Source: Auanema rhodensis
Taxonomy: Eukaryota > Animalia > Nematoda
Direction of reading: 5' to 3'
Length of the DNA: 64,000 nucleotides
Assembly (NCBI GenBank): GCA_964057225.1
Contig: OZ059898.1
Location: forward strand, 16,988,001-17,052,000
Shown here: positions 1 to 11,300 of the stretch, piece after piece
How positions within the stretch are numbered: the stretch's first letter is position 1
Layout of the letters: every line of letters starts with the position of its first letter
Program-made: the position numbers and the translations under genes
The notes under the pieces: generated by a model
The model's input: the letters and a program-made list of their open reading frames with translations, nothing else
What the model was told of the DNA's origin: nothing
The model's database searches: none

Positions 1-12
1 TTTTTCGAAAAA
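1..12. other. Perfect 12-bp palindrome TTTTTCGAAAAA (per monomer)
   Basis: Read directly; self-complementary and flanked by AAA...(A)TTT. Confidence 0.95.
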
Positions 13-39
13 ATTTTTGTCAAAATGTTTTTGGAAGCA

Positions 40-67
40 ATGTTGAGTGTACATGGAAACTCAACAT
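40..67. other. Inverted repeat, 9-bp arms and 10-nt spacer (per monomer)
   Basis: ATGTTGAGT (40-48) is the reverse complement of ACTCAACAT (59-67). An alternative pairing, AGTGTA (46-51) with TACACT (67-72), overlaps it. Confidence 0.93.
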
Positions 68-218
68 ACACTAATGCATCATTTTTCAAACGATCATAAC
101 TAATTTTTGTATTAAGCGTTTCTCAATGTAGTATAGTGCATTCGATGCGGATTTTCAAGCTGCGTCGATCTGTGTTATCAGATTTTCGTTAGCTTAAAAA
201 TGCACCGAGATATCAACT

Positions 219-240
219 GATATAAGTTCACACTTATATC
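219..240. other. Inverted repeat, 9-bp arms and 4-nt loop (per monomer)
   Basis: GATATAAGT-TCAC-ACTTATATC, further enclosed by CGAG (206-209) and CTCG (241-244). Confidence 0.95.
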
Positions 241-2640
241 CTCGATTTTCACCCTGAAGAATTAATTTTTTCGTTGAATAACATTGTCCATCGTCTTTGC
301 CTTGAAAAAAGGAATCTAAAAACATCTACTTTTTGCTAAATTATTTTGAAATTTTTCGAAAAAATTTTTGTCAAAATGTTTTTGGAAGCAATGTTGAGTG
401 TACATGGAAACTCAACATACACTAATGCATCATTTTTCAAACGATCATAACTAATTTTTGTATTAAGCGTTTCTCAATGTAGTATAGTGCATTTGATGCG
501 GATTTTTAAGCTGCGTCGATCTGTGTTATCAAATTTGCGCTAGCTTAAAAATGCACCGAGATATCAACTGATATAAGTTCACACTTATATCCTCTGATTT
601 TCACCCTGAAGAAATAATTTTTTCGTTGAATAACATTGTCCATCGTCTTTGCCTTGAAAAAAGGAATCTAAAAACATCTACTTTTTGCTAAATTATTCTG
701 AAATTTTTCGAAAAAATTTTTGTCAAAATGTTTTTGGAAGCAATGTTGAGTGTACATGGAAACTCAACATACACTAATGCATCATTTTTCAAACGATCAT
801 AACTAATTTTTGTATTAAGCGTTTCTCAATGTAGTATAGTGCATTCGATGCGGATTTTTAAACTGCGTCGATCTGTGTTATCAGATTTGCGCTAGCTTAA
901 AAATGCACCGAGATATGAACTGATATAAGTTCACACTTATATCCTCGATTTTCACCCTGAAGAATTATTTTTTTCGTTGAATAACATTGTCCATCGTCTT
1001 TGCCTTGAAAAAAGAAATCTAAAAACATCTACTTTTTGCTAAATTATTCTGAAATTTTTCGAAAAAATTTTTGTCAAAATGTTTTTGGAAGCAATGTTGA
1101 GTGTACATGGAAACTCAACATACACTAATGCATCATTTTTCAAACGATCATAACTAATTTTTGTATTAAGCGTTTCTCAATGTAGTATAGTGCATTCGAT
1201 GCGGATTTTCAAGCTGCGTCGATCTGTGTTATCAGATTTGCGCTAGCTTAAAAATGCACCGAGATATCAACTGATATAAGTTCACACTTATATCCTCGAT
1301 TTTCACCCTGAAGAATTATTTTTTTCGTTGAATAACATTGTCCATCGTCTTTGCCTTGAAAAAAGGAATCTAAAAACATCTACTTTTTGCTAAATTATTC
1401 TGAAATTTTTCGAAAAAATTTTTGTCAAAATGTTTTTGGAAGCAATTTTGAGTGTACATGGAAACTCAACATACACTAATGCATCATTTTTCAAACGATC
1501 ATAACTAATTTTTGTATTAAGCGTTTCTCAATGTAGTATAGTGCATTTGATGCGGATTTTTAAGCTGCGTCGATCTGTGTTATCAAATTTGCGCTAGCTT
1601 AAAAATGCACCGAGATATCAACTGATATAAGTTCACACTTATATCCTCGATTTTCACCCTGAAGAAATAATTTTTTCGTTGAATAACATTGTCCATCGTC
1701 TTTGCCTTGAAAAAAGGAATCTAAAAACATCTACTTTTTGCTAAATTATTCTGAAATTTTTCGAAAAAATTTTTGTCAAAATGTTTTTGGAAGCAATGTT
1801 GAGTGTACATGGAAACTCAACATACACTAATGCATCATTTTTCAAACGATCATAACTAATTTTTGTATTAAGCGTTTCTCAATGTAGTATAGTGCATTCG
1901 ATGCGGATTTTTAAACTGCGTCGATCTGTGTTATCAGATTTGCGCTAGCTTAAAAATGCACCGAGATATGAACTGATATAAGTTCACACTTATATCCTCG
2001 ATTTTCACCCTGAAGAATTATTTTTTTCGTTGAATAACAATGTCTATCGTCTTTGCCTTGAAAAAAGGAATCTAAAAACATCTACTTTTTGCTAAATTAT
2101 TCTGAAATTTTTCGAAAAAATTTTTGTCAAAATGTTTTTGGAAGCAATGTTGAGTGTACATGGAAACTCAACATACACTAATGCATCATTTTTCAAACGA
2201 TCATAACTAATTTTTGTATTAAGCGTTTCTCAATGTAGTATAGTGCATTCGATGCGGATTTTTAAACTGCGTCGATCTGTGTTATCAGATTTTCGTTAGC
2301 TTAAAAATGCACCGAGATATCAACTGATATAAGTTCACACTTATATCCTCGATTTTCACCCTGAAGAATTAATTTTTTCGTTGAATAACATTGTCCATCG
2401 TCTTTGCCTTGAAAAAAGGAATCTAAAAACATCTACTTTTTGCTAAATTATTCTGAAATTTTTCGAAAAAATTTTTGTCAAAATGTTTTTGGAAGCAATT
2501 TTGAGTGTACATGGAAACTCAACATACACTAATGCATCATTTTTCAAACGATCATAACTAATTTTTGTATTAAGCGTTTCTCAATGTAGTATAGTGCATT
2601 TGATGCGGATTTTTAAGCTGCGTCGATCTGTGTTATCAAA

Positions 2641-5600
2641 TTTGCGCTAGCTTAAAAATGCACCGAGATATCAACTGATATAAGTTCACACTTATATCCT
2701 CGATTTTCACCCTGAAGAAATAATTTTTTCGTTGAATAACATTGTCCATCGTCTTTGCCTTGAAAAAAGGAATCTAAAAACATCTACTTTTTGCTAAATT
2801 ATTCTGAAATTTTTCGAAAAAATTTTTGTCAAAATGTTTTTGGAAGCAATGTTGAGTGTACATGGAAACTCAACATACACTAATGCATCATTTTTCAAAC
2901 GATCATAACTAATTTTTGTATTAAGCGTTTCTCAATGTAGTATAGTGCATTCGATGCGGATTTTTAAACTGCGTCGATCTGTGTTATCAGATTTGCGCTA
3001 GCTTAAAAATGCACCGAGATATGAACTGATATAAGTTCACACTTATATCCTCGATTTTCACCCTGAAGAATTATTTTTTTCGTTGAATAACATTGTCTAT
3101 CGTCTTTGCCTTGAAAAAAGAAATCTAAAAACATCTACTTTTTGCTAAATTATTCTGAAATTTTTCGAAAAAATTTTTGTCAAAATGTTTTTGGAAGCAA
3201 TGTTGAGTGTACATGGAAACTCAACATACACTAATGCATCATTTTTCAAACGATCATAACTAATTTTTGTATTAAGCGTTTCTCAATGTAGTATAGTGCA
3301 TTCGATGCGGATTTTCAAGCTGCGTCGATCTGTGTTATCAGATTTTCGTTAGCTTAAAAATGCACCGAGATATCAACTGATATAAGTTCACACTTATATC
3401 CTCGATTTTCACCCTGAAGAATTAATTTTTTCGTTGAATAACATTGTCCATCGTCTTTGCCTTGAAAAAAGGAATCTAAAAACATCTACTTTTTGCTAAA
3501 TTATTTTGAAGTTTTTCGAAAAAATTTTTGTCAAAATGTTTTTGGAAGCAATGTTGAGTGTACATGGAAACTCAACATACACTAATGCATCATTTTTCAA
3601 ACGATCATAACTAATTTTTGTATTAAGCGTTTCTCAATGTAGTATAGTGCATTCGATGCGGATTTTCAAGCTGCGTCGATCTGTGTTATCAGATTTGCGC
3701 TAGCTTAAAAATGCACCGAGATATCAACTGATATAAGTTCACACTTATATCCTCGATTTTCACCCTGAAGAATTAATTTTTTTGTTGAATAACATTGTCC
3801 ATCGTCTTTGCCTTGAGAAAAGGAATTTGAAAACATCTACTTTTTGCTAAATTATTTTGAAATTTTTCGAAAAAATTTTTGTCAAAATGTTTTTGGAAGC
3901 AATGTTGAGTGTACATGGAAACTCAACATACACTAATGCATCATTTTTCAAACGATCATAACTAATTTTTGTATTAAGCGTTTCTCAATGTAGTATAGTG
4001 CATTTGATGCGGATTTTTAAGCTGCGTCGATCTGTGTTATCAAATTTGCGCTAGCTTAAAAATGCACCGAGATATCAACTGATATAAGTTCACACTTATA
4101 TCCTCGATTTTCACCCTGAAGAAATAATTTTTTCGTTGAATAACATTGTCCATCGTCTTTGCCTTGAAAAAAGGAATCTAAAAACATCTACTTTTTGCTA
4201 AATTATTCTGAAATTTTTCGAAAAAATTTTTGTCAAAATGTTTTTGGAAGCAATGTTGAGTGTACATGGAAACTCAACATACACTAATGCATCATTTTTC
4301 AAACGATCATAACTAATTTTTGTATTAAGCGTTTCTCAATGTAGTATAGTGCATTCGATGCGGATTTTCAAGCTGCGTCGATCTGTGTTATCAGATTTGC
4401 GCTAGCTTAAAAATGCACCGAGATATCAACTGATATAAGTTCACACTTATATCCTCGATTTTCACCCTGAAGAATTAATTTTTTTGTTGAATAACATTGT
4501 CCATCGTCTTTGCCTTGAAAAAAGAAATCTAAAAACATCTACTTTTTGCTAAATTATTCTGAAATTTTTCGAAAAAATTTTTGTCAAAATGTTTTTGGAA
4601 GCAATGTTGAGTGTACATGGAAACTCAACATACACTAATGCATCATTTTTCAAACGATCATAACTAATTTTTGTATTAAGCGTTTCTCAATGTAGTATAG
4701 TGCATTTGATGCGGATTTTTAAGCTGCGTCGATCTGTGTTATCAAATTTGCGCTAGCTTAAAAATGCACCGAGATATCAACTGATATAAGTTCACACTTA
4801 TATCCTCGATTTTCACCCTGAAGAAATAATTTTTTCGTTGAATAACATTGTCCATCGTCTTTGCCTTGAAAAAAGGAATCTAAAAACATCTACTTTTTAC
4901 TAAATTATTCTGAAATTTTTCGAAAAAATTTTTGTCAAAATGTTTTTGGAAGCAATGTTGAGTGTACATGGAAACTCAACATACACTAATGCATCATTTT
5001 TCAAACGATCATAACTAATTTTTGTATTAAGCGTTTCTCAATGTAGTATAGTGCATTCGATGCGGATTTTTAAACTGCGTCGATCTGTGTTATCAGATTT
5101 GCGCTAGCTTAAAAATGCACCGAGATATGAACTGATATAAGTTCACACTTATATCCTCGATTTTCACCCTGAAGAATTATTTTTTTCGTTGAATAACATT
5201 GTCCATCGTCTTTGCCTTGAAAAAAGAAATCTAAAAACATCTACTTTTTGCTAAATTATTCTGAAATTTTTCGAAAAAATTTTTGTCAAAATGTTTTTGG
5301 AAGCAATGTTGAGTGTACATGGAAACTCAACATACACTAATGCATCATTTTTCAAACGATCATAACTAATTTTTGTATTAAGCGTTTCTCAATGTAGTAT
5401 AGTGCATTCGATGCGGATTTTCAAGCTGCGTCGATCTGTGTTATCAGATTTGCGCTAGCTTAAAAATGCACCGAGATATCAACTGATATAAGTTCACACT
5501 TATATCCTCGATTTTCACCCTGAAGAAATAATTTTTTCGTTGAATAACATTGTCCATCGTCTTTGCCTTGAAAAAAGGAATCTAAAAACATCTACTTTTT

Positions 5601-8335
5601 GCTAAATTATTCTGAAATTTTTCGAAAAAATTTTTGTCAAAATGTTTTTGGAAGCAATGTTGAGTGTACATGGAAACTCAACATACACTAATGCATCATT
5701 TTTCAAACGATCATAACTAATTTTTGTATTAAGCGTTTCTCAATGTAGTATAGTGCATTCGATGCGGATTTTTAAACTGCGTCGATCTGTGTTATCAGAT
5801 TTGCGCTAGCTTAAAAATGCACCGAGATATGAACTGATATAAGTTCACACTTATATCCTCGATTTTCACCCTGAAGAATTATTTTTTTCGTTGAATAACA
5901 TTGTCTATCGTCTTTGCCTTGAAAAAAGAAATCTAAAAACATCTACTTTTTGCTAAATTATTCTGAAATTTTTCGAAAAAATTTTTGTCAAAATGTTTTT
6001 GGAAGCAATGTTGAGTGTACATGGAAACTCAACATACACTAATGCATCATTTTTCAAACGATCATAACTAATTTTTGTATTAAGCGTTTCTCAATGTAGT
6101 ATAGTGCATTCGATGCGGATTTTCAAGCTGCGTCGATCTGTGTTATCAGATTTTCGTTAGCTTAAAAATGCACCGAGATATCAACTGATATAAGTTCACA
6201 CTTATATCCTCGATTTTCACCCTGAAGAATTAATTTTTTCGTTGAATAACATTGTCCATCGTCTTTGCCTTGAAAAAAGGAATCTAAAAACATCTACTTT
6301 TTGCTAAATTATTTTGAAGTTTTTCGAAAAAATTTTTGTCAAAATGTTTTTGGAAGCAATGTTGAGTGTACATGGAAACTCAACATACACTAATGCATCA
6401 TTTTTCAAACGATCATAACTAATTTTTGTATTAAGCGTTTCTCAATGTAGTATAGTGCATTCGATGCGGATTTTCAAGCTGCGTCGATCTGTGTTATCAG
6501 ATTTGCGCTAGCTTAAAAATGCACCGAGATATCAACTGATATAAGTTCACACTTATATCCTCGATTTTCACCCTGAAGAATTAATTTTTTTGTTGAATAA
6601 CATTGTCCATCGTCTTTGCCTTGAGAAAAGGAATTTGAAAACATCTACTTTTTGCTAAATTATTTTGAAATTTTTCGAAAAAATTTTTGTCAAAATGTTT
6701 TTGGAAGCAATGTTGAGTGTACATGGAAACTCAACATACACTAATGCATCATTTTTCAAACGATCATAACTAATTTTTGTATTAAGCGTTTCTCAATGTA
6801 GTATAGTGCATTTGATGCGGATTTTTAAGCTGCGTCGATCTGTGTTATCAAATTTGCGCTAGCTTAAAAATGCACCGAGATATCAACTGATATAAGTTCA
6901 CACTTATATCCTCGATTTTCACCCTGAAGAAATAATTTTTTCGTTGAATAACATTGTCCATCGTCTTTGCCTTGAAAAAAGGAATCTAAAAACATCTACT
7001 TTTTGCTAAATTATTCTGAAATTTTTCGAAAAAATTTTTGTCAAAATGTTTTTGGAAGCAATGTTGAGTGTACATGGAAACTCAACATACACTAATGCAT
7101 CATTTTTCAAACGATCATAACTAATTTTTGTATTAAGCGTTTCTCAATGTAGTATAGTGCATTCGATGCGGATTTTCAAGCTGCGTCGATCTGTGTTATC
7201 AGATTTGCGCTAGCTTAAAAATGCACCGAGATATCAACTGATATAAGTTCACACTTATATCCTCGATTTTCACCCTGAAGAATTAATTTTTTTGTTGAAT
7301 AACATTGTCCATCGTCTTTGCCTTGAAAAAAGAAATCTAAAAACATCTACTTTTTGCTAAATTATTCTGAAATTTTTCGAAAAAATTTTTGTCAAAATGT
7401 TTTTGGAAGCAATGTTGAGTGTACATGGAAACTCAACATACACTAATGCATCATTTTTCAAACGATCATAACTAATTTTTGTATTAAGCGTTTCTCAATG
7501 TAGTATAGTGCATTTGATGCGGATTTTTAAGCTGCGTCGATCTGTGTTATCAAATTTGCGCTAGCTTAAAAATGCACCGAGATATCAACTGATATAAGTT
7601 CACACTTATATCCTCGATTTTCACCCTGAAGAAATAATTTTTTCGTTGAATAACATTGTCCATCGTCTTTGCCTTGAAAAAAGGAATCTAAAAACATCTA
7701 CTTTTTACTAAATTATTCTGAAATTTTTCGAAAAAATTTTTGTCAAAATGTTTTTGGAAGCAATGTTGAGTGTACATGGAAACTCAACATACACTAATGC
7801 ATCATTTTTCAAACGATCATAACTAATTTTTGTATTAAGCGTTTCTCAATGTAGTATAGTGCATTCGATGCGGATTTTTAAACTGCGTCGATCTGTGTTA
7901 TCAGATTTGCGCTAGCTTAAAAATGCACCGAGATATGAACTGATATAAGTTCACACTTATATCCTCGATTTTCACCCTGAAGAATTATTTTTTTCGTTGA
8001 ATAACATTGTCCATCGTCTTTGCCTTGAAAAAAGAAATCTAAAAACATCTACTTTTTGCTAAATTATTCTGAAATTTTTCGAAAAAATTTTTGTCAAAAT
8101 GTTTTTGGAAGCAATGTTGAGTGTACATGGAAACTCAACATACACTAATGCATCATTTTTCAAACGATCATAACTAATTTTTGTATTAAGCGTTTCTCAA
8201 TGTAGTATAGTGCATTCGATGCGGATTTTCAAGCTGCGTCGATCTGTGTTATCAGATTTGCGCTAGCTTAAAAATGCACCGAGATATCAACTGATATAAG
8301 TTCACACTTATATCCTCGATTTTCACCCTGAAGAA
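2641..8335 (+). repeat. Tandem duplication of an 8-monomer block (2808 bp)
   Basis: Rare variants recur at +2808: GTCTATCG (about 3098/5906), GAAGTTTTTCG (3511/6319), GAGAAAAGGAATTTG (monomers 3512/6320), TTTTACTAA (about 4899/7707). Boundaries are approximate. Confidence 0.88.
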
Positions 8336-11300
8336 TTATTTTTTTCGTTGAATAACATTGTCCATCGTCTTTGCCTTGAAAAAAGGAATCTAAAAACATC
8401 TACTTTTTGCTAAATTATTCTGAAATTTTTCGAAAAAATTTTTGTCAAAATGTTTTTGGAAGCAATTTTGAGTGTACATGGAAACTCAACATACACTAAT
8501 GCATCATTTTTCAAACGATCATAACTAATTTTTGTATTAAGCGTTTCTCAATGTAGTATAGTGCATTTGATGCGGATTTTTAAGCTGCGTCGATCTGTGT
8601 TATCAAATTTGCGCTAGCTTAAAAATGCACCGAGATATCAACTGATATAAGTTCACACTTATATCCTCGATTTTCACCCTGAAGAAATAATTTTTTCGTT
8701 GAATAACATTGTCCATCGTCTTTGCCTTGAAAAAAGGAATCTAAAAACATCTACTTTTTGCTAAATTATTCTGAAATTTTTCGAAAAAATTTTTGTCAAA
8801 ATGTTTTTGGAAGCAATGTTGAGTGTACATGGAAACTCAACATACACTAATGCATCATTTTTCAAACGATCATAACTAATTTTTGTATTAAGCGTTTCTC
8901 AATGTAGTATAGTGCATTCGATGCGGATTTTTAAACTGCGTCGATCTGTGTTATCAGATTTGCGCTAGCTTAAAAATGCACCGAGATATGAACTGATATA
9001 AGTTCACACTTATATCCTCGATTTTCACCCTGAAGAATTATTTTTTTCGTTGAATAACATTGTCTATCGTCTTTGCCTTGAAAAAAGGAATCTAAAAACA
9101 TCTACTTTTTGCTAAATTATTCTGAAATTTTTCGAAAAAATTTTTGTCAAAATGTTTTTGGAAGCAATGTTGAGTGTACATGGAAACTCAACATACACTA
9201 ATGCATCATTTTTCAAACGATCATAACTAATTTTTGTATTAAGCGTTTCTCAATGTAGTATAGTGCATTCGATGCGGATTTTTAAACTGCGTCGATCTGT
9301 GTTATCAGATTTGCGCTAGCTTAAAAATGCACCGAGATATGAACTGATATAAGTTCACACTTATATCCTCGATTTTCACCCTGAAGAATTATTTTTTTCG
9401 TTGAATAACATTGTCCATCGTCTTTGCCTTGAAAAAAGGAATCTAAAAACATCTACTTTTTGCTAAATTATTCTGAAATTTTTCGAAAAAATTTTTGTCA
9501 AAATGTTTTTGGAAGCAATGTTGAGTGTACATGGAAACTCAACATACACTAATGCATCATTTTTCAAACGATCATAACTAATTTTTGTATTAAGCGTTTC
9601 TCAATGTAGTATAGTGCATTTGATGCGGATTTTTAAGCTGCGTCGATCTGTGTTATCAAATTTGCGCTAGCTTAAAAATGCACCGAGATATCAACTGATA
9701 TAAGTTCACACTTATATCCTCGATTTTCACCCTGAAGAAATAATTTTTTCGTTGAATAACATTGTCCATCGTCTTTGCCTTGAAAAAAGGAATCTAAAAA
9801 CATCTACTTTTTGCTAAATTATTCTGAAATTTTTCGAAAAAATTTTTGTCAAAATGTTTTTGGAAGCAATGTTGAGTGTACATGGAAACTCAACATACAC
9901 TAATGCATCATTTTTCAAACGATCATAACTAATTTTTGTATTAAGCGTTTCTCAATGTAGTATAGTGCATTCGATGCGGATTTTTAAACTGCGTCGATCT
10001 GTGTTATCAGATTTGCGCTAGCTTAAAAATGCACCGAGATATGAACTGATATAAGTTCACACTTATATCCTCGATTTTCACCCTGAAGAATTATTTTTTT
10101 CGTTGAATAACATTGTCTATCGTCTTTGCCTTGAAAAAAGGAATCTAAAAACATCTACTTTTTGCTAAATTATTCTGAAATTTTTCGAAAAAATTTTTGT
10201 CAAAATGTTTTTGGAAGCAATGTTGAGTGTACATGGAAACTCAACATACACTAATGCATCATTTTTCAAACGATCATAACTAATTTTTGTATTAAGCGTT
10301 TCTCAATGTAGTATAGTGCATTCGATGCGGATTTTTAAACTGCGTCGATCTGTGTTATCAGATTTGCGCTAGCTTAAAAATGCACCGAGATATGAACTGA
10401 TATAAGTTCACACTTATATCCTCGATTTTCACCCTGAAGAATTATTTTTTTCGTTGAATAACATTGTCCATCGTCTTTGCCTTGAAAAAAGGAATCTAAA
10501 AACATCTACTTTTTGCTAAATTATTCTGAAATTTTTCGAAAAAATTTTTGTCAAAATGTTTTTGGAAGCAATGTTGAGTGTACATGGAAACTCAACATAC
10601 ACTAATGCATCATTTTTCAAACGATCATAACTAATTTTTGTATTAAGCGTTTCTCAATGTAGTATAGTGCATTCGATGCGGATTTTCAAGCTGCGTCGAT
10701 CTGTGTTATCAGATTTGCGCTAGCTTAAAAATGCACCGAGATATCAACTGATATAAGTTCACACTTATATCCTCGATTTTCACCCTGAAGAATTAATTTT
10801 TTTGTTGAATAACATTGTCCATCGTCTTTGCCTTGAGAAAAGGAATTTGAAAACATCTACTTTTTGCTAAATTATTTTGAAATTTTTCGAAAAAATTTTT
10901 GTCAAAATGTTTTTGGAAGCAATGTTGAGTGTACATGGAAACTCAACATACACTAATGCATCATTTTTCAAACGATCATAACTAATTTTTGTATTAAGCG
11001 TTTCTCAATGTAGTATAGTGCATTTGATGCGGATTTTTAAGCTGCGTCGATCTGTGTTATCAAATTTGCGCTAGCTTAAAAATGCACCGAGATATCAACT
11101 GATATAAGTTCACACTTATATCCTCGATTTTCACCCTGAAGAAATAATTTTTTCGTTGAATAACATTGTCCATCGTCTTTGCCTTGAAAAAAGGAATCTA
11201 AAACATCTACTTTTTGCTAAATTATTCTGAAATTTTTCGAAAAAATTTTTGTCAAAATGTTTTTGGAAGCAATGTTGAGTGTACATGGAAACTCAACATA

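Larger units (their letters stand above)
1..351 (+). repeat. Reference monomer (351 bp, arbitrary phase)
   Basis: First full unit: 109 G+C and 12 CpG. Common polymorphic monomer positions are 42, 124, 143, 149, 156, 159, 181, 186, 189, 214, 220, 262, 265, 312, 346 and 351. Confidence 0.97.

Noticed and set aside
25-99. Short ORF MFLEAMLSVHGNSTYTNASFFKRS, and monomer length divisible by 3 (117 codons)
   Set aside because: Only 24 codons with no recognisable motif. All six frames have stops within each monomer, so no repeat protein can read through.
219-250. Rho-independent terminator (hairpin followed by Ts)
   Set aside because: The stem is AT-rich, the T run is short and not adjacent, there is no upstream gene, and the context is satellite DNA.
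254-307. Hammerhead ribozyme core (CTGAAGA matches CUGANGA, with GAAA at 304-307), as known in some animal satellites
   Set aside because: No stem II can form between the two motifs, and I could not build stems I and III with a cleavage triplet. The minus strand has no CUGANGA. An Infernal/Rfam search would settle it.
1-351. Monomer as an ancient dimer of about 175-bp subunits
   Set aside because: Only weak similarity by eye (ATTTTCG...AAAATG at about 1-27 and 182-202), explainable by AT richness.
1-351. tRNA, 5S rRNA, snRNA or spliced-leader tandem gene unit
   Set aside because: No recognisable cloverleaf, Pol III A/B boxes, or 5S or SL sequence on either strand by eye.
591-600. Singleton T insertion at 595
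   Set aside because: Present once; cannot be distinguished from a consensus error.
11195-11206. Singleton 1-bp deletion in an A tract
   Set aside because: Homopolymer singleton, so probably slippage or sequencing error.
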